Positions 49,880-61,396 of a stretch of DNA of 64,000 nucleotides are shown here, in pieces. Each line of letters starts with the position of its first letter. Position 1 is the first letter of the stretch. A program made the translations under genes and the position numbers. Under the pieces are notes generated by a model. It saw only the letters and a program-made list of their open reading frames with translations. It searched no databases and had not been told where the DNA came from. The DNA is taken from assembly GCF_964204645.1 (NCBI RefSeq), contig NC_134025.1, forward strand, positions 13,144,001 through 13,208,000, read 5' to 3'. This DNA is from Tubulanus polymorphus (lineage: Eukaryota > Animalia > Nemertea).

Positions 49880-49946
49880 ATGTCGCGTATAATCATATCT
49901 TTTGCTGTGACGGCATTTATAATCGCTACAGTACATTCAAGTACAG
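49880..49946 (+). CDS. TGFBR1: Receptor exon 1 (signal peptide)
   Basis: aaa[25 protein letters not shown], phase-1 donor that fits exon 2. Confidence 0.75.
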
Positions 49947-52900
49947 GTACCAAGCCGAATTTATTAAGTTGGCCGGTTTCATTTCTTTTTTTGTCGACCT
50001 CCTCTTGAGTCTTGACACAAGTCAAGACTAAAACTAAGTACTAACCCCAGTAACCTACACTTTTGTGTTGTGTGTGGCTTTTTAGTCTTGTCTTAATTCC
50101 AAATCTCATCGACGGTGTTGCACTCGAATATGAGCTTTGATACTCAGTCATTGGCTTGGGATACAGTTCCTGGAGTTACAACCAAACAAATTTCTGAGTG
50201 GAGCGGAGGTGAGAAGACGTCTTGCTTCTGTCGTTCTGACACAGAGTGAATTGTGTGATGAAGATACAGTAAAACATCTGCTAACTCCACATGACAACTA
50301 GAGTAGACCACAAAATACTAACACACTTCATTTGCAATGTCAAATTAAAACTTTTATTTTATAGGCCTATGACGCTTTGTGATTCTTGATCTTGATCTTG
50401 ATCTTGATTAATGACCTTTGTCCACAATCTTTTTGCCTTTTTGCCTTTTTACGTACATACCTCAAATAGGTCTTTATCAAATCAGTAAGTAGAGCTGTGC
50501 AGTCCAGAGAAAATTATCGTTTTTATATTCATTTTGCACCGACTTGAAGGATTACTGTCTGTCACACCTACTCTCCGTGCGACGTTTTGGTCCGTAATTT
50601 CGTTAATAATCGGTTTATCTACCTTTATTATGCGTCAATTTGTTCAGTGAGGAATTTGCATTCAGAAATAAACAACAATTTTCACTTAAGTTGTTTTTGT
50701 TTTCATTTATGAGCGATAGTTTACTCAGCATACGCTCGCGTAATGCTGAAAAATCCGCTCCTCGGACGCTCGGAAACGTTACAGTGACGTCATCACCTGC
50801 TCATTAGCATATCAAAATACAGTAGGTGGCGCCACATGATGGGCCATAAAAGCCGTTTTTCAGCATTACGCGAGCGTATGCTAGGTAAACTATCGCTGAT
50901 AGAAGAAAACACAAACAAATTTATGCCAGTTCATGATTTATTTCTGAATGCAAATTCCTTACTGAACAAATTGATGCATAATATTTACAGATCAACCGAT
51001 TATTAACGAAATTACGAACCAAAACGTCGCACGAAGAGCATGTGTGACAGACAGTAGTGAATATTCTTGAAAATTGAGCTTTAAATCTGCAAGAAAGACC
51101 GCCATTTTGTTAGTGTTTGTTTATTTCTTTATGCAAATTAGCAGTGTGTACCATTTGATCTGGGTAAGTTTATTTTTCATGGGAAAGATACATTGCCCGC
51201 ACGTGTTTTACTATGCGGGCACGGCCGCAATGGTTGTGTTATAGGTCTAAATCATTTCCAAAGCCCATCGACGCGTGCTGCAGTTGTTGGAAAATCTTTA
51301 TTTTCTCATATGAAAGCCAAGTAAACAAGTAAATTAAACTAATTTTTGATTGGTCTCAAGAAGCAGCTCTATCCCCTATGATATAATTGACGCATCCTTG
51401 CCTCATTGCGCATGCGTGCAATGGCATCAAAAACATTGTGATGGCGGTCGTTCTCGCCGATTTAAAGCTCAATTTTTGAGAAGATTTATCAATCCTTCAA
51501 ATCGGTGCAAAATGGATATAAAAACCATGATTTCTCTGGACTGCACAGCTCTACTTACTGATTTGATTAAGACCTGTCGAAAATTAAGCAAAATATCCCA
51601 AATAGATCGAGGACAACCGAAAAAAAATATACTTTAGTTATCTTATTATTACATTGATTATGTCATTCTATCAAATCTAGTAAAAGACAAGGTAGCCAGG
51701 CCTATTTGGACACATCGTGAACGTAAAGGAAAAAACTTAACAGGCATTCAGACAGCAAACGTTCGTCTGAATGCCTGTTTTTCTAAGCGCTCACTGTGTG
51801 TCAACTACCTTTTCTTTTATAATACTAAAAGACATTTCACAAGTTGACAGTGTAACAACACAATCAATTGCTTGTTATAGGATATAACAGTAATATCACA
51901 AATATGTGTCATAAAGAACTTAAGTCTTGATATAATATTGATAAAAGAAGTTTGTTAGTATTTTGTTGCCGTTGTCTTTTTAAACGTATCAGAAGCTTGA
52001 CGTTTTTCTTAGATTCATCAGCCATACATATTTTACATCATTGGCCATCTATAAAAATCATTGTAGGATCCAAAATGAAGCTGCCTGCCTCTTCTCGTCG
52101 AACTACCCTATCAAGGCTTAATCATTTTTAGTGTACTCCGGATTTAGGCCCTAAGTCTCGGCAGGCTATTGCATTCGCCGTGTCGGTTTGTACATTCATA
52201 TGTTCTGTCCATCGACGGAATCCAGTTATTTCGGAAGTTTTGAAGAAAGTTCAATGGTTGGTCTTTATGTTGGCTTTGATGTATGCTAGACACATCTTCA
52301 ATCTAAAAACAGGCCCAAACAGATTAAAGATGGCCAACTGGCAGCCATTGATCATCAAAATCAGCACTTCTTGCACATTTTTGAAAGTTTAAAGGGTAAT
52401 TTAGAAGTCCCTTTTATCAATATCCTTGATGTTTGATATGTAGGCCTATATAGGCCTGGATGTATCATCCTAGAGCCCTTTTTTGTGCCCAAAAATGTCA
52501 ATTTTGGCCTGAATTCTCAGTCCTGTAGCTTCCTAATGGTTTGCCATTTTTCATTGTAATTTGTGATATCATGGGTATTCTTTGGAAAGGGATCTCTTAT
52601 ACGCGAGACAGGTATATTTGAGCAGGCAATTATGACACAATTGGCGGCCATCTTGGTGTCATCAGAACTCATTCGTAGGTGGAAAAAAGTTTTTCCACAT
52701 TATATTTATACTTAAGCAAATTTTGTTACCACAAACAATTGGAAAGTTGTAGCTCATGACATGGTCTATGATCGTGGTGAGTTTCAAGGTCATTGGTTTT
52801 TGTATATGGCCACCATGGGGCGTTGAACAATACAATAACTTATTATTTCTATATTGTATTCGTACCTATGCATATTTTGGTACCACAATCAATGGTCTAT

Positions 52901-55900
52901 AATCGTGGTGAGTTTCAAGGTCATTGGTTTTTGTATATGGCCGCCAGGGGGCGTTGAACTATGTAATAACTTAGTATTTCTATATTATATTCGTACCTAT
53001 GCATATTTTGCAACCACAATCAATTGGAAAGTTGTAGCTCATCACATGGTCTATGATTGTGGTGAGTTTCAAGGACATAAGTTATTCTATATGGTCACTA
53101 GGGGGTGTTGAATAGGAGAATAACTTAGTATTTCCTTATTATATTGGTACCTGGGCATATTTAGTTCCATGATCAATTGCAAATTTGTAGCTCATGACAT
53201 GTTCTGTAATTATGGTGAGTTTTAAGGTCATTGGGCTTTGCATATGGTCACCAGGGGGCGTTGAATAGTAGAATAACTTAGTGTTTCCATATCATATTGG
53301 TAACTAGGCATATTTTGTTACCACAATCGATTACAAAATTGTAACTGCTGACATGTTCTATGATTGTGGTGTGTTTCAAGGTCATTGGATTTTTTCAAGG
53401 TCATTGGATGGGGCGTTGAATATTGAAATTGTTAGAATGTTGAGCATCTGAAACCACTTCCCAAGTGGGCATGGCGTCCCTGGACCCCTAGTTTTTTATT
53501 TGTTCACCAGGGGATCTACCATGTTCACTATTGGTAACCCGTGCTTCAATTTCTTCAATATTTCTTTCAACTAATACCTAACCAGATTGTCATTTAAGTA
53601 AATCAATTATCAATGAAACTTGGGTCAAACCAGACAGAAAGATGATCCTATTTGATTGATGAATTTGTTCAAGAGTTTTGGATTCCGAATCCTTGTAATT
53701 GTATTCATAGTGGATTGAATAGATACTAAAAAAAATTTGATGTGCGCTCGAGATACACTTCAGGCCTATGTGAAATAGAGCCTACCAGTGTTTCATTTAT
53801 GATCATAAAATATTTACATTCTTTTCTTACAGTGTCTGGCAAAATGATTAAATGTTATTGTGATGATTGCAAAAAAAACAAGACATGCATCACTGATGGA
53901 GTTTGTGTGTCAACGATGACTGATAAGTCACTGAAACCACATCGCGAGTAAGTTGCGATTCTGTTGTGCTAAACCATCTTTCGTTCTTCTCTGTACTTAA
54001 TAAGATGTAAATGGAAGATGATCCCCTTTATCCCGATACAAGCCAACTAGTACGATCTGTTCGTTCTTTCTGTTGTCTTCACTGTTGTCTTCACCAAAAT
54101 TGTCTATGGATGAATGGTGGACAAAAAATAGGCTGGAAATTGAGATTCTACATTTCATGAGATGTTTGCATGGACCAAACTGCACTTCCAAATTGCAATT
54201 TTTGTCCTTTTGGGACTTAATCCCCAGTGAGCTGTTGCGTTTACTTTTCATCTGTCCGACAGATGTAAGTCTGTAGAGACAGAATCCTATTATTTTGGGA
54301 GGTTTTGAAGACGCTTCAATGCTCTGTTTTTGATGTATGTATCAACCCCTAAAGACATCTGCAGCTCAAAAACAGGCCCGATCAGAATCAAGATGGTCGA
54401 CTGTGGCCATTGGCATTTTTTATAATGTAGAAATAATATAGTACTACTAAATTTTAGTACTATATTTTTTCGTTATTAGTGTGAGATTTTCGATATACAG
54501 TCAAATCCGCTTAATCCGGATTGGGGTTATCCAGATTTTTGGCTTATGCGTACACTTAAAGACCTTATGCAGAGTTCGGTCGCAATTAACAATTCTTCAA
54601 TTTTTCACTTCTTCTTGAGCTATTTTAGTAATAAAAGTATGAATTCAGGAAAGTCACGCTTCTGTTATTAAGAAATTATGATATTCAAAGGAGAAGTCTA
54701 TTACATGGGAAAATCAGGGAAAACTAAGAGAATTTGTTAATTGACAGTAAGTGGCCACCCTGTCAGGAATTTCACTTGCCCCTTCAAAAATCTGTTTGCC
54801 CTACACATTTTACTACATGAAAAGCTAAAAAGCTGGATGAAATACAAGATTATTTAATTTTTAGAAGCTTTATTTTCAGTGATTTGAATTGACAATCGAA
54901 CGGAGAAATGTTTTAAAAATATTTCATGTGCAAATACATACCTCTTTGACTTAAGTTTTTAGCTCCGCTGTGACCGAAGGTCAGCGGAGCTGATGGGTTA
55001 GGGGGTTCGTCGTCGTCGTCCGTCCGTCCGTCCGTCCGTCCGGTGTTCGGTGTCCGGCGTCAACTTTTTCTTTATATCCCTACTAGTCCTACAGTTCTGA
55101 TGGGATCTTGATGAAACTTGGTATGAATGATCTATGGGGGAGTGCCTACAAAAGTACAGAGCCATAATTTTGATTTTGCATAAATTATGCAAATTAGGGC
55201 TATTTTTAGATTTTCACTAAAATCGCTACTCCTCCATCGATTTTCAGCGGATTTCAATCAAACTTGGTATGAATGATCTATGGGGGAGTGCCTACAAAAG
55301 TACAGAGCCATATTTTTGATTTTGCATAAATTATGCAAATTAGGGCTATTTTTAGATTTTCACTTAAATTGCTACTTCTACTCCAGTTTTCAGTAGATTT
55401 CAACCAAACTTGGTACGAATGATGTATGGGGGAGTGCCTACAAAAGTATAGAGCCATACTTTTGATTTTGCATAAATTATGCAAATTAGGGCTATTTTTA
55501 GATTTTCACTTAAATTGCTACTTCTACTCCAGTTTTCAGTAGATTTCAACCAAACTTCATATGAATGATCTATTGGGGAGTGCCTACAAAAGTATAGAGC
55601 CATATTTTTGATTTTGCATAAATTATGCAAATTAGGCCTTTTTTAGATTTTCCTTTCAATCGCTACTCCTCCAATTTTCAGCGGATTTCAAACTTAGTAT
55701 GAATGTTTTTATAGGGGATTGTCTAAACCAGTATAGAGCCATATTCTAGATTATGCATAAATTTTGCAAATTAGGGATAATTTTTTTAGATTTTCACTTA
55801 AATCGCTACACCTTCAGTTTTTATCAAATTTGAATTAAACTTTTTATGAATGATCTATGGGATGATGCCTACATAAGTATAGAGGATGTTTTGCAAATTA

Positions 55901-58900
55901 GTTCTATTTATAGATTTACCTTGTCAAGTGGCTATAATGTCCCTGAACATCTAGTTTCAAATAGATACTGATGTGATAGTCTATGCTCCAAGCCACAACA
56001 AAGACAGCGGAGCTATATAAGCCGACAGGCTTCTTGTCTTATATACATAGCTCTAAATTATATATTCAAATCATGGGGCATTAAGTAAAGTTGAATCGAA
56101 TTGTGTCATGGGACTTGGAATCAACGTTTCATGCAAGATAATCTAAATCAGTCCCGTGACAAGCCTGAGTCTTCTGACAGAACGCTGCTGGTTAACTCAT
56201 GGACAAATGTCATTTGATATTGTGGGATTCGAACCTGATACATACTCAACGTCTTGGAGTGACTGTCCCAATGTTGGCATGTATATCCTCGGAACTCAGG
56301 GTTGATTATTGCAACTACTGTTATTCTATAGAATGTGATATTTTCCATTGAAGGTGTTACGCTGAAAAGCATTTATTGCCACCTGAAAATCCGATGTGGT
56401 GTTTGAACATGGAGCCTCATAAACACATATTCGCTGTTAACTGTTGTGACAAATATGATTATTGTAATCGAGATCTTCGGCCAGTTCTTGGGCCACCACC
56501 AACCACATCTGCCGGTTAGTCTATTTTGCACTCTGTTTTTAACGAATAGCAATATTCATCCCATAGGCCTATGCCATTGTTCATGTACAGTAAGTAGACT
56601 CCTCAGAGATGAGAATTCCCCGCGGATCCGTGGAAAACTGCGGATTTCGGTATTGAAGTACTGGGAAAGTATAGGGGGGTGATGATGGTCTCACCGGCGC
56701 GATTGGTAATCGGGTGAACCGTGAAAGCCGTCAGCGCCTGTTTTACTTGATTTTGTATCTACCACGATTAGGACGTGTGTATGTATTTTATCGATCGGTT
56801 GCAGACAAGCACGCATGGCAACAGTAGTAATGTATATGCCTACTACTGTTGCCACGCGCGTACGTGTGAACGCCTTCAGATAACGATAGAAATCCCAAGA
56901 TAAATTCACCCAAAACGAGAAACTTGATTAGAAGAGTAAATATATTTGCGCAACGTTTCGGCTAAAGACTTTTAGAACTTTAGTGCTGAGAACAGGTGAT
57001 ATTACGAGATGTTTATACATGACCAAAACAATAGAAACAGAGTGAGTGATTAAAATGTTGAAGGGAAATAGATTAAAATAATGACATGATAGCTGGAAAA
57101 CAATAGTAAAGTAAGCAAAGGCAAGCTAGAGGCAATATAGATTAAAATAATTAAAAAACAAAAGGCACAAACAAAGGCAAGTGATTAAAACGTGAGGACA
57201 AGCTAAGGGGTAATCTATGGGGTTATTTATCATGGGATTTCTCTTGTTATCATCTTATACACGGATATTGTGTATCTTCTCGTCTCTTCTTCAGATATTA
57301 TACACTGTGTGATGTTTTTTAGTGTGCATTCATGGGCGCATTTTAACTGCAATAATTCAGGGCTCGACCCGTAATGCATGAGATGCTGATTGTCATCGAA
57401 TGAGGATATGCCACATTGGAAATAGCCGTTACCTTCCAAAATATAATAGTCGTTCATGAGTTCAAGATCGCTCTAAGTGCTCGGGGAGGGCCCCAAAACC
57501 CCCCAAATTGCTTCGGCGCTCGCGAGTGCTGACGGTTCGTGTTGGTAACTCAACAAAAAAAAGGGATTCTAAATGTCGTTGTTCTCATCTCTGCTCCTAC
57601 TCAGTACTAGTGGAATCAGTAAAATGCTTAATTCAGTGAATTGTACTGAAATACAATTGGAAAAACCTTCTGTTGCCCTGATTATGAATGGAACTGTAGT
57701 TTCAATTAAGTCCTAACCCTTTCCATGCCGACTAGTTAATACTAGTTAATAAGTGCAGGAGATGCTTTGAAAATTTCGAAAAACCACTGTAGTTCACTAT
57801 TACTCCATGGTGTCTTGTTGTTTACTAATACATATATTTCTCAATGATTGTCAGGTGCTACCATCTTTCAATGGAGATATAAAAAAACTAATTACGGGCG
57901 TACTTCAATACATCGATACACTGCAATGTAGCGTCCATCATCAATTTATACAACCCTATGCGCTATAGATGAACTGAAAGGGTTAACGCATTACGTAAAT
58001 TGAACTGTTAATCTACTACTGTATTGGAAGTGACCCTAGGTGAATTCCATCTGCTCTTCGAACACTTATATTGTTTTATTCTTTTACTTTCTAGGAAAAG
58101 TGGTTCCAGAACAACCATGGAATACAGTCCAGTTGGCTGTTCTCATCGCTGGCCCGATCTGTTTAGTATGCATTCTGTTGATCATAGGAATGTGTGTGTA
58201 TCAACATCGACAACGGCAACAAATGTATCATAGAGAACGGTAGGCTTACTTTCAAATTGCTTTACCAGTATCTCTTGAAAATTAATTGCAGGGAATTTAA
58301 GGAAATTTATGGTATATTCAAGTAGCATAAGGCTATGTTTGAAACGGGTTCATCGATTAAAAGAAAAACGTGTTGACTTTTCTTCCTTAGTTTATTTGCT
58401 AAGAATGCGTATTGATTTTTGTTTAGTTATGCAAACAGTATAGGTGAATCAGTCCCTATGATTGGATCGAGTGGAGATACGATCGAAACATTAATGAGAG
58501 ATTTAGACCCATCCGGTTCTGGGTCAGGTAAGACGGCTTTATCTCATTCATCCATTGCAGAGTTTAGGTTTTTCCAAAGATTTTTACTGGTGTGATTTTT
58601 TCTCACTTCACAGGATTGCCGTTATTAGTGCAGCGTACAATTGCAAGAACTATTGCCCCAGTAGAAATCATCGGGAAAGGTCGGTTTGGCCAGGTATGGC
58701 GCGGACGTTGGCGTGGAGAAAATGTTGCTGTTAAGATATTCGCGTCGCGAGATGACGGTTCTTGGTTCCGAGAAGCCGAAATCTATCAAACCGTTATGTT
58801 ACGCCATGAAAACATTCTTGGATTCATCGCCGCGGACAACAAGGGTATGTACTCCATGAGACGTTAATTCAATATTGGGAGTCTCAATGGGCCCCCATTG

Positions 58901-61396
58901 GACAATGGTCAAATCAATTTTTGAGAGACTTGTGATCGTGGGCGTAATCTCTTAGGTATCAGCCATGTTTTAACTTAATATTGAGATTGTTTGATTGACT
59001 TGACAATAAAATGTTCTCATACATCGTATTCTCATACACATCCGTATTACGGCACTTGCACGTAGTATCCATTCACAGGTAAATCACTTACATATGGCCA
59101 TTTACACTAGAGTCATTAAGCTAAGACACAAGTCACATGGAAAATCGAGTTCATACGTATTCCTTAAAAAACTAATACACAGGTATCGAACCAGGGTTAA
59201 CGCTAGAAGTAGTGCAAGAAAATTTACTAAAATTTGTAAAATCAAGGGTATTTCCTGTATGAAAATGCAAATGGTGCAGGTGTGAAGCCACTAGTAGATC
59301 TGCCCCAGAAAAGTTTGAAATTTTATAATCATTTCATGACAGTGCAATTGAGAGGCTTTTAGAGATTAACAGGTGATGAAATTTGCCCTCAAAATTTATG
59401 GTCAGCGAAATTTCGAACAGCAATTGAAATTCTAAACCGTATGGGGCAATACGGCTAATATGGCCTAGACGTTCATGCTAAAGGCTGTCGGCCTAAAGCA
59501 TTATTTTCGGGGGTGTCGACTAAGGATGTCCATCATGGAAACTTTGTTTCTGGGTTGAACGAATTGAATAAACTTCTCTCCCATAATTAGACAATGACAA
59601 TGACAATGACTAAATCGAGTATTTAACAAAATAGAGTGAGTTGCAGTGAGTTTTTCAGTTGTTGATATTTACATATTTCTCAGAATTTTCTCTTTACTGT
59701 AACAGATAATGGAACATGGACTCAACTGTGGCTTGTTACTGATTATCATGAGAATGGTTCATTGTTTGACTATCTGAACAGAACTGTAATTGATGTGCAA
59801 TCAATGGTAAAGTTCTCCTTATCAACTGCCAGTGGCCTAGCACACTTACATATGGAAATAGTCGGCACTCAAGGTTAGTGGAGACCTCAGACATAAGTAT
59901 ATTTGTAAGCTTTGTTGAATAAACAAGTACATGTATCTAACTGTGGTACCGTAACCTAATTTTCAGGTAAACCAGCTATTGCACATCGAGATTTGAAAAC
60001 GAAGAATATTCTTGTAAAAAATAATGGTACATGTTGTCTGGCTGACTTAGGTAATGATAGCAAATCAATAAACTTCAGCAGATTTCTTGCAGTGACTTTT
60101 TTTGTGTATTTTGGTAAGATTGATTTTGTTCTTATAATTCAGGCTTGGCTGTAAGACACGACTCTGCAAAGGACATCGTTGATATTGCCCCTAACAACAG
60201 AGTTGGCACAAAACGATATATGGCACCTGAAGTTTTGGATGATACGATTAACATGAATCACTTTGAATCGTTCAAAAGAGCTGATGTGTATGCTCTTGGT
60301 TTGGTGTTGTGGGAGATTGGCAGACGATGTTCAGTTGGAGGTAAATCCTTTGTTTAATCTCTCGGTCATAGTCTCAATTGATTGAAATATGTTGGAATAT
60401 TTATTAGCGATGCTGCCTAAGAAAATGCTTGAAAATGTTCCTTGTTGATGGTAAATTAACTCCTTCTATACTTCACCTCAGTAATAATAATGTCATAGAG
60501 GGATTTAACTTACTGAAACGTCTGTATTGCAAAATTGTGTTAATTAACTTGGCCATATCCTCTAAATTGAAGATAAATGTTCTTTAAATGCCCCACACAT
60601 GTTGAAAGACTTCGTTATTTTAATTTTACAGGAATATACGAATCATATCAATTGCCATTCTATGATATTGTACCCTGTGACCCGAGTATGGAAGAAATGA
60701 GAAAAGTAGTTTGCGTTGACAAATACAGACCAGCAATACCTAACCGATGGCATGGACATGATGTAAGTTTGACGTAAGATGACGTAGTCAAGTTTCATGA
60801 AAATGAGGCCAACATATTATTCTATTATACGACAATCTGCGCATCAATTTAACAAATGCATGCCTTTCAAAACCTTTTGGTCACCTTATGCTCATGGGAA
60901 ATCCTGGCTTGTGAATCATGGCAACCTGCAGAATATCCATGTCTACTGTGTGACTACAGTATTCTATCCGATGTGTGGTTATTTTTAAAATGTTACATCT
61001 GGAATACATTTGAACATGCTAAAAAACATTTTCATAGTATAAGCATGCATGTCTAGAGAAAGGCAGCAATTCAAAAATGGTACTCTCATTGGTGCAATGA
61101 TAAAATGACAAAAGCGGTATGGTTATCCCGTATTGCAGCTAATGAGTATATGAGAGTGATAATGTTGCAACGGCTTATTCAAGCAACTCCTATCAAATTT
61201 CATTGTGACATTGAGTAGATGTTTCCAATAACTATTCCTAGTTAACTTCACCTCTTTTTGAATCTTTCAGTCACTACGTGTAATGGCAAAACTGATGAAA
61301 GAATGTTGGTATCACAATGCCGCAGCCCGGTTAACAGCTCTGCGCGTGAAAAAGACACTAGCTAGCATGGCCAACCAGGAGGACATTAAGCTGTGA
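49880..61396 (+). CDS. TGFBR1: Activin/TGF-beta type I receptor, ALK4/5/7 (baboon) class, 11 coding exons, 1527 nt / 508 aa
   Basis: Signal peptide, Cys-rich ectodomain with [13 protein letters not shown] box, and Ser/Thr kinase with L45 loop [13 protein letters not shown] (Smad2/3-type). Expected to be co-orthologous to TGFBR1/ACVR1B/ACVR1C. Confidence 0.95.
50468..51575. mobile_element. Long-TIR MITE whose left arm is interrupted by a second MITE
   Basis: aggtctttatcaaatcagtaagtagagctgtgcagtccagagaaa... is inverted at 51490-51575. Confidence 0.8.
50555..51054. mobile_element. TA-flanked CTGTCTGTCAC fold-back MITE
   Basis: ta|ctgtctgtcacac ... tgtgacagacag|ta with ~200-bp inverted arms. 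Confidence 0.85.
52125..53495 (+). mobile_element. Helentron/HINE-like element with about five 154-bp tandem units
   Basis: Collinear with 38340-39135; repeat units at 52715-53420; 3' stem-loop gtccctggac. Confidence 0.7.
53833..53947 (+). CDS. TGFBR1: Receptor exon 2
   Basis: [20 protein letters not shown]. Confidence 0.92.
54956..56038 (+). mobile_element. Canonical HINE/pearl-like element with 146-bp tandem core
   Basis: 5' ttttagctccgctg-tgaccgaaggtca-gcggagct hairpin, (cgtc)n, about six 146-bp units, 3' sub-TIR cagcggagcta and stem-loop aagccgacaggctt. Confidence 0.85.
56354..56514 (+). CDS. TGFBR1: Receptor exon 3
   Basis: [16 protein letters not shown]...[13 protein letters not shown] (Cys box). 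Confidence 0.92.
56604..57593. mobile_element. hAT-like non-autonomous element with 5-bp TSD
   Basis: cagagatgagaa ... ttctcatctctg with ctcct duplicated on both flanks. Confidence 0.8.
57717..57982. mobile_element. piggyBac-like MITE
   Basis: (c)taa|ccctttc ... gaaaggg|ttaa. Confidence 0.55.
58095..58239 (+). CDS. TGFBR1: Receptor exon 4 (TM)
   Basis: [24 protein letters not shown]. Confidence 0.95.
58427..58527 (+). CDS. TGFBR1: Receptor exon 5 (GS box)
   Basis: [16 protein letters not shown]. Confidence 0.92.
58614..58844 (+). CDS. TGFBR1: Receptor exon 6
   Basis: [12 protein letters not shown]...GKGRFG...VAVKIF...ADNK. Confidence 0.98.
59706..59873 (+). CDS. TGFBR1: Receptor exon 7
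   Basis: [23 protein letters not shown]...HMEIVGTQ. Confidence 0.98.
59967..60050 (+). CDS. TGFBR1: Receptor exon 8
   Basis: [27 protein letters not shown]. Confidence 0.98.
60143..60340 (+). CDS. TGFBR1: Receptor exon 9
   Basis: LAVRHDS...[13 protein letters not shown]...WEIGRRC. Confidence 0.98.
60632..60762 (+). CDS. TGFBR1: Receptor exon 10
   Basis: [23 protein letters not shown]...RPAIPNRW. Confidence 0.98.
61271..61396 (+). CDS. TGFBR1: Receptor exon 11 (last)
   Basis: [30 protein letters not shown]...EDIKL*. Confidence 0.98.
   Translation, partial: SLRVMAKLMKECWYHNAAARLTALRVKKTLASMANQEDIKL

Noticed and set aside
53948-58094. Possible baboon-style mutually exclusive ectodomain exons
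   Set aside because: Only one CC-x5-CN exon (56354-56514) was found by eye. The Cys-containing stretch near 54150 lacks the Cys box. RNA-seq would be decisive.
58381-58426. Upstream alternative acceptor (ccttag at 58390) for receptor exon 5
   Set aside because: Gives an in-frame TGA within 8 codons.
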